Assembly (NCBI GenBank): GCA_030390025.1
Contig: CM059427.1
Span: 71,052,001-71,116,000, forward strand
DNA: 64,000 bases
Direction: 5' to 3'
Source: Squalus acanthias
Taxonomy: Eukaryota
How positions within the stretch are numbered: position 1 is the first letter of the stretch; every line of letters begins with the position of its first letter. This document shows, piece after piece, positions 12,701 through 24,380 of this stretch. Under the pieces are notes generated by a model that had not been told where the DNA came from, searched no databases, and saw only the letters and a list, made by a program, of their open reading frames with translations. A program made the translations under genes and the position numbers.

Positions 12701-12968
12701 TGGTGCGATTTTAACCCTACTCGTTCAGCAGAAACCTGGTGGGTGGGCAGTTAAAATCGCCCTGGCTCTTACCTGTCCGAAAGCCGCCATGATCGCAACA
12801 TCTGCAATTTTAACCTGCTCTCCTGAGCAGGCAGCAAGGACATGCGCCTGGAGTCAACAGGGTCCTTCTTTACATGTGCATGTTGCGGCCCGATGACATC
12901 ATTGAGACCCGACTGCAATTTTAACTCATGCCTGAGCGGGGAATCCACCTGCAGTTAAAATCGGCGCC
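12701..12968. mobile_element. MITE (Harbinger-type)
   Basis: TIR ggtgcgattttaac / gttaaaatcggcgcc; internal repeats gcaattttaac and gttaaaatcg; flanks att / ata. Confidence 0.65.
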
Positions 12969-14066
12969 ATAACAACAACAATATAATACAATATAAATAT
13001 TTTGCATAGAGCTATATAATTTAAAATCTTGTGAATGACATGCACGCCCTGTCCAAAAAAACCTTACATCCTGTAACACTTTTTATGTCAATGTTTACAT
13101 TGAACTATAGATATAGTGGGATTCGATTAGTAAACATTTTATAATGGGAAAACCGTATCTAAACATATTGTTATACTGATTTATTGCACAATCAATTAAA
13201 TCAATCTAAATGCTTCTTGAAAAACTTATCGGCCACCAGTTCATAAGTCCACAATCGAGTTTTAACCAAAATAAAAAAATGAGTAGGTTACATATTTCAG
13301 AATAATATGAAATTTACCCTTCATTGATTTTTTTTTTCCTTTTAAGGCCTTAGCCTGTCTCTCAAACCTGGGCTCAACTGAATCTTTCTACCTCACAGAC
13401 ATTGGAGAGAGCTTTCCAAAACACTTCTGAGCATGTGAGGTATGCAGAATTTCCCAGCGTGCCATCTGTGCACATACAGGAGTTGAAGGGCGGAAGAGTA
13501 AATCCCCTCATCTGTCAGGATGGGAGGATTTCTTTGCTTTTCCCAAAATCCTTGAAAAGAAACGAGAGAATGAATTCTCACATCTTTATTTCAGTTAAAC
13601 GATGACATTTATGAAGAAATTCTATTTTCTACTAAGAACTGTTCAGACAAAGAACGCTGTGGTCAGCAGTATCTGTGATTGTGCTTCATTTGTTGCTGAC
13701 TTCAAAAGAAAATAAAAATAGTATGTTTTACCTTATACTGTATCAATCAGCAAACTAATTGTGTACTCAGGAATAAACAGGCTATGTTTGGGCTCCGGGC
13801 ACACCCCCAGCCCTAGATTTTCCAACCATTAATTTAAAGAAGTGGAAAAAAAATACTCTTAAATGCTTTGAGGCAAGAAATACAGACAGGAGCTGGCTGA
13901 CAATGGGGAAAGTGGTACGTGAGGACATGATGCACACTCCTGTTCTTTCTCCGACTCGCCATGAGTAATGACACAGGAGATCTGCTGGTATAACATTTTT
14001 GAGACTTCCTGTTTGTCTCACTTATTTCCCCTCTTGTCACAATTTAGTAATGTTTTTGTGACATTG

Positions 14067-14099
14067 GTAACGTCTAAAGTGTAACGTCTAAAGTGTAAC
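14067..14099. repeat. 14-bp tandem duplication
   Basis: gtaacgtctaaagt x2 plus gtaac. Confidence 0.9.
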
Positions 14100-14575
14100 A
14101 GTAGCACCTATGACTTCAATAGTAACACTATAACACTTGCTATTCCATCCTCCCACCACAAGTGGCGCTGTGGAATGTCTTCTTGACATTTTGGCCTGTT
14201 ACAACAAACAAAGCTGAACTATTTTGAACAAGGCCACAGGAGATTCATTAGTAATATATTAAAAGCCTGCTCCCATTGAGTCGCTAGGCTATCCTTGTTC
14301 TTTAATTGCACCTAAATTTCTCTCAACCATCTATTTCAGCCTTTCCTTAAATTTTAACTTTGGTCATCAACGCTATCACATCTGTCTCTTCTGGGCTACT
14401 TTTAACTTGGTTCAACACTCCTTTAAATTTTAACTTTAGTCTTTGTTCTTTCTTTTTCCCCACTCCTGGGCTTCAGTAGTGCTTCTCCCCTTCTCACAAC
14501 ACTTCTTACTTTGGTTCAACAAAAACTTCTGTCTAGCTCATGTCGCTAGCTTATCTGCACAGCAACCTTGTGCAA

Positions 14576-15002
14576 AAGAAAGACTTGCATTTCGATAGCG
14601 CCTTTCACAACGTCAGTCCCAAAGCGCTTTACAGCTAATGAGGCACTTTTCGAAGTGTAGTCATTGTTGTAAAGTAGGAAATGTGGCAGCCAATTTGCGC
14701 ACAGCAAGGCCCCCTCAAACAGCAATGTGCTAATGACCAGATAATCCATTTTAGTGATGTTGGTTGAGGGATAAATATTAGCCAGGACACCGGGGAGAAC
14801 TTCCCTGCTCTTCTTTGAATAGTGCAGATCTTTTATATTCCACCCGAGAGGGCAGACGGGGCCTCGGTATAATGCCTCATCCAAAATACAGCACCTCTGA
14901 CAGTACAGCACTCCCTCAGTACTGCACTGGAGTGTCAGCCTAGATTTTGTGCTCAAGTCTCTGGAATGGGACTTGAACTACCACTGAGCTAAGGTTTACA
15001 CC
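14576..15002 (-). mobile_element. SacSINE1-type Deu-SINE
   Basis: Nearly full length; gggacttgaac (B box, reverse complement) and Deu-domain gcagccaatttgcgcacagc. Confidence 0.9.
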
Positions 15003-15413
15003 TAAATGTTATCATCAGTTAAAAGCAGCTAGACCTAGGTCTCAATGTTAAATTTTATTTAATAATAAGTATGGAAAAATATGGGTTTAACAGGAATTTC
15101 GACTAGTACGACAAAGCATCTTTATAGGTGAGGAGACACTGGCGGCAGAGCTGCAAGACCCTGACGCTGTTGAAATTCAAGGTGACATGTTTGGTCTTTT
15201 GCCAGCAGCATGAAGGAACCACTGCTCCCAGTTTCTAAGACCGCTCTCCCAGTGATACCAGGATCCCCCTTAAAGTACTGCTGGACCCAGTAATCCCATC
15301 TGAGTACTGCCAGGCTTCAGGCACCCTTCCCAGAGCATCTGAATCCCATGGCTGCCCCCAGCGTAGATTAGTGTCCATGATGAAACTTGGCATGACACCC
15401 CTGTGCTTATGAC

Positions 15414-15576
15414 CAATGTTCTCTTCAAGCTGCGCGGCTGCGCAGCGCTCCAGGGGTCCCGGGCAGGCGGTGAGCCGGCTTTTAAATTGAAAAAAACGCA
15501 CATGTGCGGACAGTTGAATGGGCCGCGCGGCTGTTAAAGGGGCCGCGCGGCCCCCTAAAATTTACGGGGAACATTG
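15414..15576. mobile_element. hAT-type MITE
   Basis: TIR caatgttctcttcaa / tttacggggaacattg; degenerate 8-bp TSD cttatgac / cttgtaac; repeated gccgcgcggc subterminal motifs. Confidence 0.75.
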
Positions 15577-16256
15577 CTTGTAACCCCACCCCCCACCCTG
15601 ACTCACCATGAGCAACACCATGAGAGCTGTCCTAGTGTGTGCAATAAACATACTGCAATCTATTTGTAGTGATCACAGCTTGTAACGATCAAGCGGATGA
15701 ACAAGTCAGAGCCCATTTGCCAAAATCCATTTACAATAAAACGGCATTTGTCCATTAATTGTGTTCATTAGTACAAGTTGGTTGTACTGATCAGTTTGTT
15801 TTGAGGGAAAGGTGCCGTTTCTGGGTAAGATGGTAGCAGTCTTAAGATGCCCTGTTGGACAGCTGTCAAAGCAAAAGCCAACTCTTTGACCAGTGCCATA
15901 GAATATTTTTTTATTGGGCAAGATAGTTTTGATTCTAAGCAATCTGGCATGGATCCATTTTTTTTTTTGCTTGCTGTGCCAGGTTTGATGGTCCTGTCAT
16001 GCTTGAATCTGATTCTTGCTGACATAGAGTTTGGCGCAGATTTTGCTTGTTTGGCTTGGCATACATCCTTCATTTACTCCCATTCCTTGCCCATTTGCTG
16101 TTCCTCAGCAACATTATCTGTAAGCATGCAGTTAGCTTCTGTATGTGTGCTAATGACACCCGACTCTAACACTTCACCACCGTTCTTGACTCCACAACTA
16201 CTGTTCTGTTTGTTCAACATTAAGATGAGCCAGAAGGTTCTAGAGCTTAATATTGG

Positions 16257-16795
16257 CAACAACAGCTTGCATTTATATATCGCCTTTAACATTGTAAATC
16301 GTCCCGAGGCGCTTCACAGGAGCGATTATCAAACCGAATTTGACACCGAGTGACATAAGAAGACATTAGGACAGGTGACCAAAAGCTTGGTCAAAGAGGT
16401 AGGTTTGAAGTCGCGTCTCAAAGGAGGTGAGAGAGGTTTAGAGAGAGAACTGCAGAGCTTAGGGCCTAGGTAGCTGAAGGAACGGCCGCCAATGGTGGAG
16501 TGATAAAAAATTGGGTGTGCGCAAGAGGCCAGAATTGGAGGAACACAGAGATCACGGAGGGTTGTAGGGCTGGAGGAGTTTGCAGAGATAGGGAGAGGCA
16601 GCATTTGAAAACAAGGATGAGAAATTTAAAATTGAGGTTTTGTAGCCAATATCAGTCAGCGAGCACAGGGACTTGGTGCGAGTTATGATACGGGCAGCAG
16701 AGTTTTGGATGTGCTCAATTTTATGGAGGGTCCAAGGTGGGAGGCCAGCCAGGAGAGCACTGGAATAGTCAAGTCTAGAGTTAACAAAGGCATGA
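16257..16795 (-). mobile_element. L2 LINE 3' fragment
   Basis: Homologous to 3045-3902, with internal deletions. Confidence 0.9.
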
Positions 16796-17679
16796 ATTTG
16801 GCAAGGCCAAAGTCAAACCTGTACGGTAGAAGGGGTAAGGAGCTACACAATGTTAAGGACCTGGGAAACAATGAGATGGAGTGACTGACAGTGTCTGGAA
16901 TCTTGGTTTCAACACAAAGGAGGAATTTGTCTGGTAACTCAGGAGGAATGAGAGGAAATTTCAGTGAAGCAATGCCTGCAGCAATATCGAGAAGATCGAG
17001 AGAGAGAGAAATAAAAATCATTGCAATGGGGAGAGAAAGGTTGGAGGGTCGATGTGAGTGAAGGATCACCTATCAGACCGCAACTTTTCAAGGAAGCCTC
17101 TTATTTACAACAAACTCTATTTTGTTCCGACCCTGTGGGTTCCTTGCTTCTAGTTATAGACTGAAACTATTATATCCTGTGCCCTTTGGAGATCAGCAGC
17201 AACATCATTAAAGCTATGTCATTAGCTTCAGTGTAACAATTGTAGCCTGTTCTCCGAGCAAATATTGCACCACAATTGTTAATGATTATCCAAACACTAA
17301 AATTGGATTGCTGCCTGAAATTCTCTTGGAGGGATGTGTTGTAATGTAGTGGATTTTTTTGTTTCAGATGTATGTTCGATGTGTAGATTTTACAGTGCCA
17401 TTTAACAATTGGATTATATGAAAATTCATTGTCTTGGATGTATTATAAATCAGAAATTCACTCATGGCTTGAAGAATTTTTCAAAGAGCCAATAGGTTTA
17501 GATTAATTTCTGAAACGTTAGTTCTGAAAGCCTTCGTCATTCCCAAGTGAATTGTCTTAACTGGTAATTTACTGCCTGATTACTTTACATGGAAGGTAAA
17601 TGTTCCAAGCTATGTTCCTTCTATATGCTGTTAAATTATTAAATAGGATGTTCGTATTAATAATTTTTTTTAAAGTTAT

Positions 17680-17912
17680 TTTTCCCTCCTCTCCTTATGG
17701 TTGCTGAGGTTTGGTTCCAATGGAGCCATCAATCTTCTTGCACCTGGTGGCTGATCCTCAGATGTAAGCCTCAGTGAGACAGTGAGTGTCAATAGGTGGC
17801 TGGACCAAATGCTGTCCTCCCCAGGTGGCCACACAAGTGCAATCAGGAGCGGGCATCCCCGCCGCCTTCGTTCCCTACCCAGTCGCCCACCCTGAGCCCA
17901 GCTGTGCCCCAC
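17680..17912 (-). mobile_element. AmnSINE2-like SINE fragment
   Basis: gacagtgagtgtc...caatcaggagcgggcatccc...ttccctaccca matches the other copies. Confidence 0.5.
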
Positions 17913-18301
17913 ATAAAGCTAGGCTGACACTCCATGCAGTGCTGAGGGAGTGCTGCACTGTCGCAGGTGCCGTCTTTCAGATGAGACATTAAACCGAGGC
18001 CCCGTCTGCTCTCTCAGGTGGACGTAAAAGATCCCATGGCACTATTTCGAAGAAGAGCAGGGGAGTTCTCCCCAGTGTCCTTGCCGATATTTATCCCTCA
18101 ATCAACATAACAAAAACAGATTATCTGGTCATTATCACATTGCTGTTTGTGGGAGCTTGCTGTGCGCAAATTGGCTGCCACGTTTCCCACATTACAACAG
18201 TGACTACACTCCAAAAAAAAGTACTTCATTGGCTGTAAAGCGCTTTGAGATGTCCGGTGGTCGTGAAAGGCGCTATATAAATGTAAGTCTTTCTTTCTTT
18301 T
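17913..18301 (+). mobile_element. SacSINE1-type Deu-SINE (5'-truncated)
   Basis: ctaggctgacactcc...taaaagatcccatggcactatttcgaagaagagc...ctttctttc. Confidence 0.92.
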
Positions 18302-18484
18302 AAGGGGATCCCATAGTGGATGTCAGTGTTTCTAGTCCCCCGTTTGCACGGGAGAGGAGCCAAAAATTCACTTCTTCTCGGGCAGTGTAAATCGTCCCAT
18401 AATGCCCTGTGGGCTAATTCTTCTGCACATGCACAGAAGAGGTATCTCACGATGCATTTAGGTGAGCTCAGCCAGCTAATCACA

Positions 18485-19090
18485 GGAATCGATGTATTTA
18501 AGGGGAAGCAAGATAAACACCTGAGGGAGAAAGGAACAGTAGGATATGCTGATAGGCTCAGATGAAGTAGGGTGGGAGGAGGCTCGTGTGGAGCATAAAC
18601 CCCGGCGTGGACCAGTCGGGCCAAATGGCCTGTTTTTGTGTTGTAAATTCTATGTAATGTATTCCTCTGGTGGGGGGAGTCCAGAACAAGGGGGCATAAC
18701 CTTAAAATTAGAGGTAGGCCGTTCAAAGCTGATGTCTGGAAACATTTCTTCACACAAAAGATAGTGGAAATCTGTAACTCTATCCCCCAAAAAGCTGTTG
18801 AGGCTAGGTCAATTGAAGATTTCAAAAGTGCGATCGATAGATTTTTGTTAGACAAGGGTATTAAGGGATCCTGAGCCAAGACAGGCAGATGAAGTTATGA
18901 TACAGATCGGCCATGATCCAATTGAAAGATGGAACAGGCTCGGCGCTGAATGGCCGACTCCTGTTCCGAGGTTGCTTTCTATGTTCCTATCAGCATATCC
19001 TTCTATTCCTTTCTTCCTCATGTACTTATCTAGCTTTATGCATCTATGCTAATTGCCTCAACCACTCCAGCTGGTAGCGAGTTCCACAGG
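18485..19090 (+). mobile_element. Cluster of CR1 3' ends (two on +, one inverted at about 18985-19090)
   Basis: tttaaggggaagcaagataaacacctgagggagaaagg; aaacatttcttcacacaaa; inverted cagcatatccttctattcctttc. Confidence 0.85.
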
Positions 19091-19127
19091 GATCAGCTAC
19101 GTTCTGCGCAGAGCAGGTATCAAGTCT

Positions 19128-19582
19128 GGGGCCGTGGCTCAGTTGTTAGTACTATCGCCTCTGAGTCAGAAGGTTGTGGGTTCAAGTCCCACTCCAGAAA
19201 TTTGAGCACAAAAATCTAGGCTGACACTCCAGTGCAGTAGTCAGGGAGTGCGGCACTGTTGGAGGTGCTGTCTTTCAGGTGAGATGTTATACCAAGGCCC
19301 TGTCTGCCCTTGCAGGTGGATGTAAAAGATCCCATGGCACTATTTCAAAGAAGAGCAAGGGACCTATCTGGTGTCCTGGCCAATATATAGCCCTCAATCA
19401 ACATCACTAAAAGAGATTATCTGGTCATTATCACATTGCTGTTTGTGGGAGCTTGCTGCGTGCATATTGGCTGCTGTGTTTCCTACATTACAATAGTAAA
19501 AAATATTTCATGGGTTGTAAAGCACTTTTAGTTGTCCTGAGGTCATGAAAGGCGCTGTATAAATGCAAGTCTTTCTTTCTTT
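19128..19582 (+). mobile_element. SacSINE1-type Deu-SINE, full length
   Basis: gccgtggctcagttgttagt (A box), gggttcaagtccc (B box), Deu domain, ctttctttc tail. Confidence 0.92.
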
Positions 19583-19589
19583 TGAACGC

Positions 19590-20998
19590 TGTAATGATGG
19601 ATCCAAGGGTCCAGTGCGGTGCAGCATTTGATAGGCGGCATGAAGCGGCCACTCTGTGTTGTGCAAAAAAATAGCCTGGTGGCGGAAACGCCGGTGACCA
19701 ACAATCAGCTGAGTTGGTAGGGAGGGAAGGTCGGAACCAGCAGGGGTGCTTCTCTAGAATGTGAGCTCAGGAAAGGAAAGTATAAAAGGGAAAGCAGTGT
19801 AGGCAAAGAGGTGAGTTTGTAACTAATAGTTTTCAGAAAATCAGAGACCCAGGGGATACTAGGGAGACAACAAATGGAAGACAAAAGGTGAGCGCAGGAA
19901 AGAAAGGAAGACTTGTGCCTTTCACAACCTCAGTGTGTCCCAAATTACCTTAACATCCAATGAAGTACTTTTTAAGTGTAGTCACTGTTGTAGTGTAGGA
20001 AACACGGCAGCCAATTTGTACACAGCAAAGTCCCAGAAACAGAAATGTGACAATGACAGATAATCTGTTTTAGTGATGTTGGTTGAGGGATAAATATATG
20101 ACCAGGACAATTTTCAGTTTCTTCGAAGTAGTGCCATGGGATCTTTCAAGTCCACTGAGAGCACAGACAGGGCCTTGGTTTAACGTCTCATCTGAAAGAC
20201 GGCAGCTCTGATGGTATAGCTCTCCCTCAGTACTGCACTGGGAGTGTCAGCCTAGATTATGTGCTTGAGTCTCTGGAGTGGGACTTGAACCCACAACCTT
20301 CTGACTCAGTGGCGAGAAAGACGGGCTGACAGGAACACAGGAACCAGGGAGAGTTAGTGGAGGAAGTGATGCACGTGCCAACATAGGACATGTACTTAGA
20401 ATGATGGTAAAGGGAGAAGAGAGAGACGAAGACTACACATGACAGTGGCCTGGAGCCAGGACTGGTCAGCTGAGGCCACGATGTCAGAGAGGGAGAGGGA
20501 GTGCAAGAAAGTGTCAGAGATCGAGAGTCAGAACTGGACCTGGGATGAGCCAGAAAAAGCAAAGGCAGAGATTCCTGAGTGCTGGAGAGCCTGAACCATG
20601 AGCGCAGAGAAGCTTGATTCTGCATGAGGAAAGAGAGAGATAGAGCCCTAAGAAAAGCTTAGAGACAAAGAGAGAGAGGCCCAGAGAAAAATGGTCTTAG
20701 AAGCAGCTCAGAAGGACCTGCAGTGACCCCCAAGAAAGCCTGTTAGAACATCCCTACGAGAACGTGGTCATGTTTGAAACTGACAGCCAGGTCTAGTGAT
20801 TGCTTTATTGGACAGTCGGTTATTTGGGAAGCATTCAGGTGCATAAAGGAGGTTTGAGCAAAGATACTGCAGGATACTGAACCATGTAGAACTTTGTAAA
20901 TTGTAAGGATGTATGATATTTTGCAAAATAAGCTGTACTTGCTTGGCATGCTTGAACTCTAACTGTCATTTAATTAAGGTAATCTGGAGCCTCTTACA
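19590..20998 (+). mobile_element. Candidate older solo LTR, interrupted by a Deu-SINE
   Basis: TGTAATGA...TCTTACA termini, TATAAAAG at 19781, GAG/GTGAGT at about 19810; no clear TSD. Confidence 0.45.
19898..20315 (-). mobile_element. SacSINE1-type Deu-SINE
   Basis: ggacttgaacccacaaccttctgactcag head (reverse complement), Deu domain. Confidence 0.9.
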
Positions 20999-21429
20999 GG
21001 CCATCTATTAAAGTTATTGCTCTCCAACATCGCTACTGCATGGTTTTATGATTAACTATTTTGGAATGCTACTTGTCTCAGGGCAGTTAAGTGTTCCAGA
21101 AAGTTATAACCTATATGAAGGGCCAAGGCATTATTGCGGATTTTTCCATTAAAGATGTAGCAACATTGTAATAATTGTCTGCTCAAGTGAATTTGGAATT
21201 CACTCACTTCTCAACTGGAAAATTTTCTGAGTGGGATCAATAATGCAAATCTAACATCACCAAAGTTGAAATAAGTAGGAGAGAAGATGAGGCAGAATAA
21301 GAAATTGTGATTAGGTGAAGTCACGCTTGGATTTTAAAAGCCTGCAGATTGCCGGAGGTAGGAAAGGCTTTCTATTTCCTCCTCCCCCTCCACCAACCTT
21401 CCCTTCACCCCTAGCCTTTAGTTACCTAT

Positions 21430-21648
21430 ACACCAGCCATTCTCTGGACTTTTCTCCCCAAGCCCCTCCACCTCTGTGACTCCCTCTCCTTATTTAAGAC
21501 CCTCATCAAAACCCACCCCATTGACCGAACTTTTGACCACCCCTCCAAGTCACTCGTTCTTTGCCTTGGTTTCTGTTTACCTCGTGAATCTGTGAAGCCG
21601 CTTGAGAAGTTAAAGGCGCTATATAAATGCATTTGTTATTGTTGTTCA
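21430..21648 (+). mobile_element. L2 3' end, diverged
   Basis: ctctggacttttctcccc...aaaggcgctatataaatgcatttgttattgttg. Confidence 0.8.
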
Positions 21649-21772
21649 TATGACTCAATGGAATATTGAACAGAGTATTTATCATCTGAGACAGTTGTTA
21701 AGCGCACTGCACAACTGGGCAGGGGTTATAACAGCAGCGCCTGCTAGAAGTCTACAGCACCACTGTCATAGA

Positions 21773-22032
21773 AACAACAACAACTTCTCTTTATGTAGCA
21801 CCTTTTAACATAGTAAAACGTCCCAAGGCGCTTGACAGGAGCGTTATCAGACAAAATTTGACACCGAAAGACATAAGGAGCTAAAAGAACAGGCAAGCAA
21901 TAGCTTGGTCAAAGAGGTAGGTTTTAAGGAGTGCCTTAAAGGAGGAAAGAGAGGCGAGAGGTTTAGGAGGGGGGCGGGGGAGAATTCCAGAGCCTAGGGC
22001 CTAGACAGCTGAAGGCACGGTCGCCAATGGTG
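21773..22032 (-). mobile_element. L2 3' end
   Basis: aacaacaacttc...aaacgtcccaaggcgc...gctgaaggcacggtcgccaatgg. Confidence 0.9.
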
Positions 22033-23435
22033 AACAGAAATATCTCCAGCAATAGCACACACTGGTAGGTGTGTGGCAACAAGGACTCCATCAGTGCAGT
22101 GCTCTCGCTGACTCTCCACCGCATAATAACTCAGTGACATTAATGAAATCCTTCACATCAGTGGCATTCTGCAGTTTTATAGCATGTGCTTCCAGCTTTT
22201 ATAGTGCGCGACAGAAAGATAATCAGATTGTAGATGATGTGGCAATTGGTGGCTATTAAATAAAACATTAGCGCAGTGTCGTAAAGCACAGCTGTCCATG
22301 AAAATTATAAACAATTTGGTCGTATATTTCATAAATGTTTACAAGTGTGGCTTTTTCTTCATTTTACCAGCATTACTGCTGAAATTTCTATCAGAGTTAT
22401 GGCAATATTGTAATAATTGTCTGCTCAAGTGACAAATGTGGTTTGGAATTCTGTCAGTTCTAAATTGGGTAATCTTCTGAATCAGAACAATAAAGCAAAA
22501 CTATTTTCCTGTGTTTGACTGAAATGGGGTATTGTTGCACATCCACATTTTTAGCCATGGAGCCACAGATACTGTTATGAAGAGAGATCAAGGGAAGCTT
22601 AATGAGATGCAACAGAGACAATAATCCTTTCACTCTCATATTAAATGTCTACTGTGTCAGAAAAAATCCAATGTACAAGAGGTACCAAAATCCAAGCTAA
22701 TGGGCCGAGCCCCATAGCTTGACCCGAACTGAATGAGATTCTCCCCCCAGAAGCTACACTCTCGGTTACCCCCAGTCTAATTCACATGACGGGAGGTGTT
22801 AAATTACCTGCCTGGTACATGCGGCTGAGTTTTAATAAACAAGTTGAAATCCCCTGGAGAGCTGCAGGAGTTCCAATGTGAATCTCCTCCAGCACAGATT
22901 CAGGCACAATCATCGGCGCAGGTTGGAAGTTATTGGCGCAGGTCAGAATCACACTTGTTTTCATGGGAATCCTTAGACATCTGAGCCTTGGCTGCACTGG
23001 CTGTGTATTCCCCATATATGTCAATCTGCTGAGCAAATGGACCATAAGGGAGCCTGAAAAACGTCAATTAAACTGCCGCTCTCTCGACCTAATATTACAC
23101 TGATGGCATGCCGTAGGCAGCACAAATGCAGCACTCCTGCTGGTCACAGCCCACTGTAACAGGCAGACTCCAACCTCTGACGGTGCCTGTCATCCAGTTT
23201 CCCGTGGCCTCGGAGAACAGAGGTTGGAATTGGGGAGAGTGCTGACCTCCAATGGTGGCAGGCAGGCCCAGAACAAAGCGCAGAGCACCTTCTGAGGGTG
23301 TGGGCCTCTGCTCGAATACCACTCTCCCCGGGGCCTGAGCAGAAATGCAAAAATAGTGTGTGCACGATCTACTCCCTGAGTGACGTGGCATGGGTCTGAT
23401 CAATTTTTAGCATCTATGTCAGTCAAACACTGGGA

Positions 23436-23572
23436 CAGTGTCAGCTTTGTCTCAGTGGGTAGCACTCTCACATCTGAGTCAGAAGGTTGTGAGTTCAAAT
23501 CCCACTGCGAAGGCTTGAGCACAAAATCTAGGTTGACGCTCCAGTGCAGTATTGAGAGAACACTCCACTGTC
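23436..23572 (+). mobile_element. Deu-SINE 5' (tRNA head) fragment
   Basis: gtgtcagctttgtctcagtgggtagcactctc...gagttcaaatccc. Confidence 0.85.
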
Positions 23573-23664
23573 TGCATTTTGTTTTTACAATGAAAAGAAA
23601 TCTAAAAAACTGTGAGCTGGAATAAATACAGCATGGGTTCATAGTTGACCTTGGATTTTAAATC

Positions 23665-24380
23665 ATTCATTCCGTTTTTATTTTCCTTTCCAATTTTCTC
23701 CTTTCCCTCATGGCATTGACGCCTTCCAGTACAGTTGCTAAGTGGCCATTCTTCATACAAAAAGGAGAAAAAAAAGACTTGCATTTATATAGCACCTTTC
23801 ACAACCTCAGGACATCCCAAAGTGCTTTACAGCCAATGAAAAACTTTTGAAGTGTAGTCACTGTTGTAATGTAAGAAACGTGGCAGCCAATTTGTGCACA
23901 GCAAGCTCCCACAAACAACAGTGTAATAATAACCATGGGATCTTTTACATCCACCTGAGAGAGCAGACGGGGCCTCGGTTTAACATTTCATCCGAAAGAC
24001 GGCGCCTCTGACAGTGCAGCACTCCCTCAGCACTGTGCTGGAGTGTCACCTCGATTTTTGTGCTCAGGTCTCTGGAGTGAGACTGGGCCATGGCTAACAC
24101 TAAAATGTTGACAGTGAGCCCTGGCAAGCTTTTTGTCACAGGTGGCATCACAACCTCGCCTCAAACTGCCCGCAGGAAGACATCCACACGTGAACACTTC
24201 CATTAGGCTTGCTGAATAGGGATCAGGAGTACAACATTTCCTGGTGCTGAGGCGAGCTTTAGGGTCCCTGCTGCCATCCTGGCTGAGGTCAACTAACTCA
24301 GCACAGATTTGGGAATTAAATCAGGGCCTTTGTGGTCTTCATTGCTCAACTATTGAGTGGCGAAACTTGCTGAACTAATT
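23665..24380 (-). mobile_element. AmnSINE2-like SINE interrupted by a Deu-SINE
   Basis: aagtggccattcttcata | insertion | ...gatcaggag...cctggctgaggtcaactaactcagcacag. Confidence 0.6.
23762..24080 (-). mobile_element. SacSINE1-type Deu-SINE with an internal deletion
   Basis: aaagacttgcatttatatagcacc...ccatgggatcttttacatccacctgagagagcagacgggg. Confidence 0.9.

Noticed and set aside
13348-13439. Possible exon (ttttccttttaag ... GAG/gtatgc)
   Set aside because: All three frames contain stops and no protein is recognised
13657-13704. Short hairpin gtcagcagta...tgttgctgac (miRNA?)
   Set aside because: Stem about 10 bp, too short for a pre-miRNA
19128-19200. tRNA-like A/B boxes (also 45690, 57180, 2780-2846)
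   Set aside because: SINE heads; no complete cloverleaf and they continue into SINE bodies
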